Notes under the pieces: generated by a model
Database searches by the model: none
Seen by the model: the letters and a program-made list of their open reading frames with translations, nothing else
What the model was told of the DNA's origin: nothing
Program-made: the position numbers and the translations under genes
Shown: positions 53,001 to 64,000 of the stretch, in pieces
How the letters are laid out: every line of letters begins with the position of its first letter
How positions within the stretch are numbered: position 1 is the stretch's first letter
Source: Octopus vulgaris
Lineage: Eukaryota
Direction: 5' to 3'
Assembly: GCA_951406725.2 (NCBI GenBank)
Contig: OX597815.1
Span: 133,982,001 to 134,046,000 of the forward strand
Length of the DNA: 64,000 nucleotides

Positions 53001-56000
53001 ACTTTGTGTATTTATATTTTTTTATATATACAGTTTAACAACCTGATCCTACCTTATCTTTCAATAATAAATATATAATTTACTCTTTTATCTCTGTAAA
53101 GAAATCAGATAATTCATAAGATATGACCAATAAGACAGCTTCAGTCTGTTAGAAATAGTAACCAAATCTCCCTCAACTTGCGACTAACTGGCTCAAAATA
53201 CCAACAGAGAAGGACATATTGGATAATGTTGCTCATTACGAATAATCCAGGATAGTTATGTTGGAATGCCTTTGATCAGAGGCCTGTTCAAACAAGATGC
53301 AGCCTGGAGCTAAACAACAAAAGCTTTTGTCTGATGCTTGCTTTATTTGCAAAAGCGGTTCTGTGATGATGTTCTGAAATTAGTTTGTCAACAGAGTAAG
53401 GTTTAGATATTCTAGAATTTTCTAATTTATTTACTTATTTTATTTGTTCATCTCCTTTTTCTCTCTCTGAGATGAGTTTCAAGTATTGTCATTTTTGTCA
53501 AAAACAATTACAATTATAACTATTAATTTAATCTTACAAATTAATTGCATGGAAATAAAAAAAAAATGTCATGTGAAATACTTTGGCTGCCGAAATATTC
53601 TTTATTTGGAGAAGGAAAACATTAGATGGAAGATTCAAGTTTTAAGAGTCTTACTCCAATAGAAACTTAACTTTTTCTAGTTATTCCACTCCAGATAAGC
53701 ATTTAGTAGGTACACATCATTGCTCTTTGTTTTAAGATAAAGAGAAGTTTTTCTTTTTCTGTTTTCATTTTTTACAAACTTTATCCCCCTTCCCTTAATT
53801 TCCTAGTTCTATAGTTTTTACACATTTTCAATTCAAGTTAAATCTCCCATTGGGAATCAGATTGTTGAATATATTAGTGGTGAAATAAGTCATAACTGCT
53901 ATGTGATCAATGTAAATTTTGGTAGAGACCCTTCACAGAAGTAAACTAGCAAGTGAAGTTCAATTGTAACAATACATACAATATATATATATAATACACA
54001 CACATGCATATATATATATAGCATGCTAATGTGCCTACAGTCCAGCAACTGAAGCTAATGAAAGAAAATAATTATACACATAAATAATGGAAATTTTCAT
54101 TTTCAAGTCTTTTTTTCTCTTAATTTCTGTTTTTACATTTTATTTTTCAGTCTTTCAATACAATTCATTGTACTGAAGTTTGAAATTGATAAAACTGATG
54201 TAATTTTATAAACTAAATTCAAAGGAAGCACAAAAGCTAGAATTAAAACTTTAACTTCCTGTATTTTAAAAAAAAAAGAGGGGGGGCATCCAATTTAAAT
54301 CTTTCTTTACATTACATTTTTTATTGAAGTTTAATGTGTTTTTTTAACTTTTCATTTCCAATTTCAGTTTATAAAAAGTTCCCAAAATACACACAAAATG
54401 AATTAAGTGGGCTTCAGTTGAAATTATATATATATATACGCATACATACACATTTATAGGTTAAAGGTCAACTTTTAACTCCCCTGTTTTGCACCCAATT
54501 GTTTTAGAGTATCTTTGTGTGATACATACAGGAATTCATATAATAGTTATTAAGATTTTGTTATCTAGTCCTACCTTCTCATTTTGTGGTCTAGTGTATA
54601 TCATCTGGTTATATATATAGTGCACACCACCTCAATCCCAGCCAACCCTTTAGAATAAGAAGTGAATAATTATATTTCCCCAACCCTTTTCCATTGTTAG
54701 AGCTGTGTAATATGGGTGTTATGTCATATATATCATGCATGTAACAAATAGATATCCCACAGTAAAGGAGAACGGATCTTAGCACAGATCTTCAAGTTGA
54801 AAATGACTTTCTAAAAGAGAGAATTTTTTTCTTTCACGAAAAGGAAAGAGGTTGACTATTACGAGAACGAAATGGGATGATATATGCATTAAAGTAAAAA
54901 AAAAAAAAAAAAAAAAGACAGACATCATCTCCCTTCTCTAATTCTAAAACAGAGAATTGGTTCTAATGAGCCAATATAGTTACACCACTAATGCAAACAA
55001 AGATACTGGAAATGTCTAACTTTAATACATTGCTTACCCCTAAATACACTGGCTACAGATTGGCAGCAGTGTATGACAAAATTGTTAATTTTACTTACTA
55101 AATTTACTAACAAGCGTCATTTTGCAGATTTTCTTTAGAAATTCTTTTTTTTTTTTCATATTTATAGCTTGTGTGCTTCATTTTTGTTTTGCTTTGTTTT
55201 TCCTTTTTTCAAAGAGGAGGGGATGGAAAGCATTATAGCATGAAAATAAGTTATCTGTTTTATATATAAATATATATCTTCATCCCAACAAAACATCCCC
55301 GTCTTCCTGTCCCAATCTTTAGTATTTATAAGAGTAGTTACCTATATACTCAATATAATCGCTATTATTTCAAAACAATTCTCTTGTTTAACATGGTTTT
55401 AAGAAAAAAGAAAAAAAAACCCAGAACTACCAGGAAGCAACAGCAGCAATAATTTCCTATAAAATCTCGCCTAGTCCATACATATTACAACACCTCTTTA
55501 GTCAGTGTATTTGGAAATAAACATATAATTCAGCATAACAACCATTAAAATTTCAGTTCATTCTTATTTCCTCAAAATAAAACTGCTAAAATTTTTTTTT
55601 AAAAATCCAATGTTTTTATGGATTTTTTTTGATTTTTTAAATCTCCCTTCATTCCTTGTCAGAAGTGGGAGTTTAATGTTTCATTTGTCAAAGAAATTGT
55701 CACAGCCTCTCATTCTATCATCAAATCTCAACTTACAGATGATTTAACAGGTAGAAAGGTAAAAGTCTATTTTATACCAACAAAGATCTGAACTTCTTTA
55801 TACTTTTTTCTACTGATTCTTCTCACACTTTTGTTAGTTTTTTTTAATTTTCTTTTTGTCTTGAATTCTTTGGAGAGAAATAAAACAAAAACAAAAGTCT
55901 TGTTAGTTTCATGTCATTATTATTATTATATTGATGTTTAAGGTGGCAATCTGGCAGAATTGTTAGCACAGAGCCCCACAGAGGTCAACTTTGTCTTTCA

Positions 56001-56304
56001 TCCTTTAGGAATCAAAATGAAGTACCAGTCAAATATTTGGGTCATTGTAATGAACTAGTCGCCTCCCATATTTCAGGTCCTATATTAGAAATAATTATTA
56101 TTATTGTGTTTAAGGTAGCGAACTGGCAGAATCATTAGCACATTGGACAGAATACTTAGCATTTCTTCCAACACTTTGCTTTGAGTTCAAAGCCTGCTGA
56201 AGTCAAATTTGCTTTCATTCTGTCAGGGTTGATGAAATAGTAGTTGAACATTGGGATCAATGTAATCAATTAATCCCTTCCCCTCAAAATCTGAAACCTT
56301 TATA

Positions 56305-56706
56305 GGCGCAGGAGTGGCTGAGTGGTAAGTAGCTTGCTAACCAACCACATGGTTCCGGGTTCAGTTCTACTGCGTGGCATCTTGGGCAAGTGTCTTCTGC
56401 TATAGCCCTGGGCCGACCAATGCCTTGTGAGTGGATTTGGTAGACGGAAACTGAAAGAAGCCTGTCGTATATATGTATATATATATATATATATGTATGT
56501 ATATGTGTGTTTGTCCCCCTAGCATTGCTTGACAACTAATGCTGGTGTGTTTACGTCCCCGTCACTTAGCAGTTCGGCAAAAGAGAGACCGATAGAATAA
56601 GTACTGGGCTTACAAAGAATAAGTCCCGGGGTCGATTTGCTCGACTAAAGGCGGTGCTCCAGCATGGCCGCAGTCAATAGACTGAAACATATAAAAAAAA
56701 AAAAAA
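56305..56706 (+). mobile_element. SINE family A, young full-length copy with A-rich tail
   Basis: Near-identical to 28424-28826. Confidence 0.92.
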
Positions 56707-57408
56707 GTATATAACTGATTGCGACACAAGTAGGTTGTTATTGTACATGCAGTAGGATGGAACCTGAAATATGCTTGCAAAGCAAATTTCTTAACCACAC
56801 AACCATTGATAGCAATCATATATATATATATATATGTGTGTATGTGTCTGTCTGTCTGTCATTATCGTTTAACATCCATTTTCTCATGCTTGCATGAATC
56901 GGATGAAATTTGTTGAGGCAGATTTTCTGTGGCTGGTTGCTGCCCCTATTATCAACACTCACCTGTTTTCAATCGAGTTAATATCTCTCATGTCCCGACA
57001 TGTTTTACACATAAAATAGAAAACAAACATCACTTGTAATAACAGTGATGCTTATTTACAAACATCATGTGATGTCAGGACAAGGGTACACACACTTATA
57101 TGGCAGACTTCTTTCAGTTTCCATCAACCAAATCTACTCACAAGGTTTTAGTCAGCCTGGAGCTATAGTAGAAGACACTTGCCCAGGGTGTTATGCAGTG
57201 AGTTCAATCTCAGAAGCACATGGCTGGAAGGCAAGCTTCTTAGCCACACAGCTATGCCTGTGCCTTTTGTGCAAGTGTGTGTATCATCATTGTAATATCC
57301 ACTATTCCATACTTGCATGGATCAGATGAAGTTTATTGAGGCACATTTTCTATAGTTAGATGTCCTTCCTGTCACCAACTCTCACCTGTTTCCAAGTAAT
57401 CAGACATA

Positions 57409-57750
57409 AGTTAATTTTTTGGCTCAAAAAGCAAAAAGCAAGGCCGTGGAGTTATGTACAGGGTGGTGTTCGTGCAAAGAGTTCAGGCCATTTCTGGTCA
57501 AGAGACCTTGAACCAAGCGGTCGTCGGCATCTTCACTATCTCATCCGGCAGCTTATTCCACGGAACCGCAACCCGGACGGAGAAAGCCCCTCTCCTTCGA
57601 TTGAGATGAAATCGTCGCAGATAGAGCTTTTCGGAGTGACTCCACAGCCGACGCTCTGGAGCAGGAGTGAAGAACAGCTCTTTCGAGAGGTTACACTTTC
57701 CGCTTATGATGTTGTGAGCAAGAATGAGATCACCACGGCGTCGGCGTCAG
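57409..57750 (-). mobile_element. 5'-truncated CR1-clade LINE 3' end
   Basis: Minus strand RRRRGDLILAHNIISGK...FFTPAPERRLWSHSEKL...RRGAFSVRVAVPWNKLPDEIV...FK, the CR1 ORF2 C-terminal signature (RRxRGDLI, FSxRV, WNxLP). Confidence 0.88.
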
Positions 57751-58275
57751 GTTGAAAATGAATGACACTGCTTGTATGTCAGTGACACAACTATCACATG
57801 ATGTTAGGAAAGGAGCCAGTAACACACACACACACACACACAAAACAGAGGGCTTCTTTTGGTTTCTCTCTACCAAATCCTCTCACAAGGCTTTGGTCAG
57901 CATGGGCTAAAGTAAAAGACACTTGCCATTCAGTGAGACTAAACTCGGAACCATGCAAACTTCTAACCACATAGCAATGCCTGTGACTTGTTTAAAATTA
58001 GGAACATGTTCAATATACTTTCCTGAAAGAACTACTTGACAAAATTACCTCCTATGATGTTTTCATAAAAGCTGACCCTGAACTGGAGCAGTAGAAAAAA
58101 AGAACAAGTTCACAACAATGAAAGAACAATAACATTATTGAGGAAAAATACAGGGAATTTACATTGCATTTAGTCCAATGTTAACAATGACATTTGAAGA
58201 TCCATACAATATGGAAACAAATCCCAGCCACTGATTCGCAATAATGAAGCACTGTTTGGTATAAGCTGACTGCCA

Positions 58276-58367
58276 TCAATCTTCACTGTCCGATACCCCA
58301 TCAACCTCATCTTCTTCAGGTATGGGGTAGCGCAAGAGGGCAGCTACACCGGTGAGTTGGCCAAGCT
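58276..58367 (-). CDS. PELO: pelota last coding exon (QLGQLTGVAALLRYPIPEEDEVDGVSDSED*)
   Basis: ttttcttgtag acceptor. C|AG gives Gln, then the QLTGVAAxLRxP motif and acidic tail, ending at TGA. Confidence 0.96.
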
Positions 58368-59054
58368 CTACAAGAAAAAATAGAACTGCATTATTACAAA
58401 AATACATGTGCATATGTGTATATATAAATATAAGTTTGTGTGTATACATGTGTGTGGGTGTACACACACACACACACACATATGAAAATTTAGGTTTGTA
58501 TGTGCCTTCATTTGTTTTACTTTTGTTTTTTTCTATGATATTTAGGCATCGTTTTACAGCTAGATATTCTGGTCACTAACCCTTGTTTTTCATGTAAGGA
58601 ATCTCTTGTTCCAAGCTTCAGAGGCATGGAATGAAAGAAAATTTTATAGACTGGGAAATACCAACAAGGACATTGCACAAACATTGATTTTTTTTTAACA
58701 AGTTTACCATCGTTTTTCTGTCCACTTGTCTACACTTGAACATGCCAGATGGAGTTTATCAAGGCAGGTTTTCTACACCCAGATGAACCTTCCTGCCCAA
58801 GTTAGGCATACTTTCACAGAAGATTGGAAATGAATGACACTGCTTGTATGATGGTGACACTCCTTTATAGCTATTATGTCATGTCAAGACATGGAAACAC
58901 AAACATAGACACACACAGATGCATATATGGATTTCTTTCAGTTTCCATCTTCCAAATCTACTTATTAGATTTTGGTCAACCCAAGGTGTTGTGCAATGGG
59001 ATGGTACCCAAAACGTGGTTGGAAAGCAAACTTTATAACCATACACACCCAGAT

Positions 59055-59085
<31 letters not shown>

Positions 59086-60734
59086 TACACACATACCACC
59101 ACCATCGTCATATAACTTCCATGTCCCATGCTACTATGGGTTTGATGGTTTGACAGGATTCGAAGGGCCTGAGGACTGCATGGTTTCACTGGGTTATGGT
59201 TTGAATAACTGAATCAGTTCTATTAAATGCATTTCTCTCATTTGCAAATCCAAATGCTTGTATATATACATATATATACACACAAATACCTACAGAGACA
59301 CAGTCCACCCTACCAAATCTATTGAGAACTTTTTCTCTGTTTTGTACATACTTTTTTATCATTAGTTTTATATGAAGGAAAGGTCATGCTCATGGCCTCT
59401 ACAAATCTTTCAATATCCATGAGGCAGTCATGGTTACAGTCTCAGGTGAGCAGTTGCAGGAGGGTGAAAATCTAGAAGGCTGACTTCCTAAGAAAGTACA
59501 ACTGGACAATGTGTGGTAGTAATGGTGATAGGAACATATGGGTGACAAGTGAAAAAATGAGTTCAGAGTGCTTCAGTAGAGGCAGTACAAGAGCAGGCAG
59601 TTCTGAGAAGTGAGGCCACTGAAGTAGATAAGGAAAAAACAAGACACAGCATATCTATGGCCCAGAGGTTTGAGAATATATAGTATTTGGCAGCAACTTC
59701 AAACCAATCAGTGCAGCCTTGGATGTCTGTTTCTTGTTGTAGCAACACTGTCCCAAATGTGGGGAGGTATCCCATGGTGGGTGGGTATAAACCAATTTTT
59801 GTAAAGAGTTATTGTTGGGAGCTGAAGCATTTTCTAGCTCTAAAGAAGGAGGTTAATCTTTGTGATGCAATCTTTGGCTCTACCAAGGATGTGTTTCTGT
59901 TGGAAGACTTCCTCACCATCATCTCATTTAACATCCATTTTCCATGCTGGCATGGGTCGGACGCTTTGATAGGAGTTGGCCAGCCAAGATAGCTGTCCAG
60001 GCTCCATTTGTCTGTTTGGGCATGGTTTCTATGGCTGGATACCCTTCCTAATGCCAACCACTTTACAGAGTGTGCTGCATACTTTGTACATGTTATCGGC
60101 ATGGGTACAGTTATGTGGCACTAGTACAAGTGCATTTGCATGAGTGCATTTTATGTGATGATAAAGTCCAGCATTGGTGGCAATCACAAAGGCTGTAGTT
60201 ATGCGCTGTCCTTGTTGGGATCAGTGGCGGAATCAATGGTGTTTTCTTGATATGTGCAGTAATTGTGTCTTTGCAAGTGTTCAAAGTGACAAGACTGACA
60301 TAATCCCATTGAATGATGATGTTGAGGTCTCTGTGATCATGGAGTTAGGGTAGATTAGGTGTAAGGGTGTCTAGGTTGCATGTGGATGGCACTAAGCTGC
60401 AGATGGAGAGGAATGAAGGGATTATCAGCATAAAAATGTGTCTTTTGAAATGACAGCAAATAGGTCACTGATATGTATGAAAGAGGAAGAGCGTAGGCAC
60501 ATAACTGAGCTCTAGGAGGCACCAGGATTGTTAGAGTATGAATCAGAGGGAGCTTCATAAGTAATCACAATAATGGTGTGATCTAAACAAGAAACCATTA
60601 ATCCAAAAGCAAGACAGAGGGATCACACAGATGAGCAAGTTTGCCAGGTTTGTGTACCAGGCTGTCAAAAACTTTGTTGATATCAAGGGCAAAAGTGTGG
60701 AGAGAGAATATAAAAGCTTTAAAGCAACACTTAC

Positions 60735-60841
60735 GTTCTCCTGAGACGTGTAGACTAGAAAAGATCTTAACCTCTGCTCCATTTTCTTTTACTTTATCCA
60801 CCAAAGCAACATAGCGCTGTCGCTTTGGAATATCCCTGGAT
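60735..60841 (-). CDS. PELO: pelota penultimate coding exon (SRDIPKRQRYVALVDKVKENGAEVKIFSSLHVSGE)
   Basis: ttcctttag acceptor, AAC|gtaagt donor, phases 2 and 1 consistent with neighbours, hallmark IFSSLHVSGE. Confidence 0.96.
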
Positions 60842-62751
60842 CTAAAGGAAGGAAGGGAGACAATCTTAATACAACTTAAAATTTTATTTCCTATATTTTG
60901 ACTCTGTAACAGTTATAGGAATGAACATTTTTAAGTTAGGATATTTTGCTCCTGGTAAAGATTTTAAACCAAAAATGAAGCTTAAAGAATACAGGTCAAT
61001 TACAAAGAACAATGTAAAGCACAAGTAAAGGTGAGTTTTATGAACTTCTTTTGCAGTTTCTAGTACACATTTCACATTTTTTCCAAAATGTACCCTACTT
61101 ATATCAAAATTCCTCCCTTCACACCACACACATCTTATTTTACCTATTTCATAGATTGTTTGATCATTATTTTTTTTGGGGGGTATATAATCTGTAGTTT
61201 CTTGAACATAAGGTATTTTTTTGTAAAATTACATTTTGGTCTCAGTTAATTATTATACAGTATTCCTACTGTTTTTGACAACAAATTGCCAGTTATTAGA
61301 GCACAGAATAAAATGTCCCACAGTAATGTTCTGACTCTCTACATTCTGAGTTTAAATCCTACCAAAGCAAACTTTGCTTTTCATCATTTAATGTCCTTGT
61401 TCCATACTGGCACAGGATGGATGGTTTGACAGAAACCAACAAGACTGAGATTTGCGTTGAGCTCCAATGTCTGCTTTGGCAAAGTTTCCACGACTGCATA
61501 CTTTTCCTAATGCCAACCACTTCACAGGGTGTACTGGTTGCCTTTCTTTCATGATACTGACAGTAGTGAGGTCACCAAGTAACACACAGGACAAGATCCC
61601 CTCAAATGAGTGAGGCTGTAGTATTTGGGGCAGTGACTTTGTGCCAGATGCTGTGAAGCAAGAGTATGACAGCTGGAGAGGAGCAGGTGTTTTGCTATAG
61701 AGAAGACATATGGCTATCCCATGTCAATAAAAAAAAATCATCCATCGAGTGTGGTGGATTGGCTAACTGTTTGAGTGTTGGGAAAGATGTCCCATAGTGT
61801 CTATTCCAGCCCTTTGAGTTCTGAATACAACCCCTGCAATGACACTGGTCAAAATTAACATTATCATTTCTAATGTCTGTTTATTTCTGCTGATATATAT
61901 ATATTGATCAGTCAAGAGCTACAGCGGAAGACACTCATCCGGACATAAAGTAAGACTGAGCCCAAAATCATGGTTGCAAAGTGAACTTCTTAAACACACA
62001 GCCATATCTGCTCCAATGTTTAGTTTCTTTTACTTGTTTCAGTGATTGGGCTGTGGCCATGCTGGAGTACTGCTTTGAAGCATTTAAACTGAGCAAATCA
62101 AACCCAGTACTTGCTACTTTTTTTTGAAGTCTGATACTTGCTCTATAGGTCTCTTTAGCTGAAATGTTAAGTTACTGGGACATGCAAGCTTCTTAATCAC
62201 ACAGCCTTTCCTGAACCTATACTTAAATGCATTATTTGTGAGAAGACATGTTAGATTACAACTTGTATCAGTTTCACACATTCTGGGGTCATAACTAACT
62301 GAATCACAAGAAGTTTACATTGGACTTGACATTGTAGATATAAAAAAAACACCCACTATCATCATTTAAGGTCAATTTTCCACATAGGCACGAGTTCACG
62401 AGTTCAACAGGAACTGGTGACCCACAGGACTGCACCAAACTCCAATGTCTAATTTGGTATGGCTCCTACAACTGGATGCCCTTCATAATACCTACCACTT
62501 TACAGCATATACTAGATACTTCTTATGTGGCACCAGCATTAGTGAGGTCACCAAATAACTTGTAAAACAATACCTTTCACCTGAGGAGGGAGCAGTATTC
62601 AGAGAGGTGATTTCATGCCAGGTAATGAGAGGCTAAAGTTTGATTAATGGAGAGAAGCAGGTGCTTTCTAGATATGAATAGCACAGTTTTGTAACTAAAA
62701 AGACAAAAATAAAATTAGGTTTATAACCAACAAAATAGAAAATGATCTTAC

Positions 62752-62823
62752 CTGAACAACTCATCTGAAACCATTAGAGTTTCTATGGCTAAGAGATCTG
62801 ATGCCTTTTCAACAGGCTTTATA
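62752..62823 (-). CDS. PELO: pelota (eRF1-like ribosome rescue factor) internal exon (IKPVEKASDLLAIETLMVSDELFR)
   Basis: Minus-strand ttttttcag acceptor and AG|gtaaga donor. Matches PELO eRF1_3 domain (VEKA..AIDTLLISDELFR). Upstream exons lie beyond the window. Confidence 0.93.
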
Positions 62824-63460
62824 CTGAAAAAAGAAATAGATAAAAATAATGTTGCTGTATGTGATAGAGTTATTACAGCTACATGTCAAACAGTAGAAAT
62901 AATAAATCATGAAATGCTACCAGGAAGACAGATGACATTGAGGAAATAACTATAGAAACATGACTATTACATTGATGATGTACAGAGGAGATGGATAAAA
63001 GATAGAAATATCTATATCTTATACACTTTATGTCAAGTTAGTATAAGAAATATAGTTAAGCAATACAGAGTATAAAAAAAAAAGAAACTAATTATAAACA
63101 TTAATGTAACGGTTTCAGTGTGGCCATGTGGTTAAAAAGCTCACTTTGCAACCACGTCATTTCAGGTTCAATTCCACTGTATGGCACCTTGAGTAAGTGT
63201 CTTCTACTATATGACCAAACAGACTCCAAAGAGGCTGTGGTAGGTCTACATCAACAGGTCTTATATTAATTAGTAAAATTGATAAAAGTGTTTACTGTAC
63301 TCTTTTTATCAATTTTATTAATTAATATTTCTTGCCAACACCAACCTCTTTGATCACACATTCTAGCCCTGGGCCAATCAATGCCTTGTGAGCAAATTTG
63401 ATTGGTGGAAACTGTGGAAGTTTGACACATTCACACACACATTTATATATATATATATTT

Positions 63461-64000
63461 TATCTTTTACTTGTTTCAGTCATTAGACTGCAACCAGGAT
63501 GAGGCACCACCTTGAAGAATTATTAGTCAAATGAATCAACTCCCAGTACTCTTTTTAAGCTTGGTACTTATCCCATGCCAATAATGCTAAGTTGTGGGGA
63601 CATAAACACACCAACATTGGTTGTCAAGCAACAGTAGGGGAGGACAAACACTGACACACAAATACATACATATATATATATATATATATATCTATGACAG
63701 GCTTCTTTCAGTTTCCATCTACCAAGTCCACTCACAAAGCTTTGGTTGGCCCGAGGCTATAGTAGACAAATTAGCGCGCCGGGCAAAATGCTTAGTGGTA
63801 TTTCGTCTGTCGTTACGTTCTGAGTTCAAATTCTGCCGAGGTCAACTTTGCCTTTCATCCTTTCGGGGTCGATAAATAAAGTACCAGTTTCGCACTGGGG
63901 GCGATATAATCGACTCAATCCCTTCGTCTGTCCTTGTTTGTCCCCTCTATGTTTAGCCCCTTCTGGGCAGTAAAGAAATATATAGTAGAAGACACTTGCC
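63461..64000 (-). mobile_element. Antisense SINE family A interrupted by a SINE B insertion
   Basis: Family A body 63461-63766 resumes at 63981 (tatagtagaagacacttgcc). Confidence 0.82.
63767..63980 (+). mobile_element. Young 5'-truncated SINE family B with 9-bp target-site duplication
   Basis: TATAGTAGA at 63758-63766 and 63981-63989, CpG-rich. Confidence 0.9.

Noticed and set aside
57360-57755. 131-aa plus-strand ORF in a GC-rich island (possible horizontal transfer or novel gene)
   Set aside because: It is the antisense frame of a CR1 LINE 3' fragment

Overview
AT-rich, repeat-dense eukaryotic genomic DNA, not prokaryotic, so most ORFs in the supplied track are artefacts of microsatellites and SINEs. 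The tRNA-derived SINE and RTE landscape suggests an octopus or other coleoid cephalopod (inference). There are two convergent protein-coding genes. On the + strand is a 10-exon NCKAP5-like gene (17183-47302, about 1530 aa from the first visible ATG): an N-terminal coiled coil with the NCKAP5 motif EYEKYVDEIANQVVQAVLVQK-GLKEEC followed by a very long Ser-rich region. On the - strand are the last three coding exons of pelota/PELO (62823-58276). The remainder is SINEs, RTE/CR1/R4-Dong/Tx1 LINE remnants, mariner/pogo/piggyBac-type MITEs and simple repeats. The most notable unexplained structure is a non-coding element of about 1.27 kb inserted in (TA)n at 5852-7120. It carries two ~385-bp direct repeats, each containing a minimal type I hammerhead ribozyme on the - strand, 477 nt apart, which is a Penelope-pLTR/retrozyme-like arrangement. 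Several strong isolated hairpins are also present (3719-3777, 33599-33693, 63263-63328).
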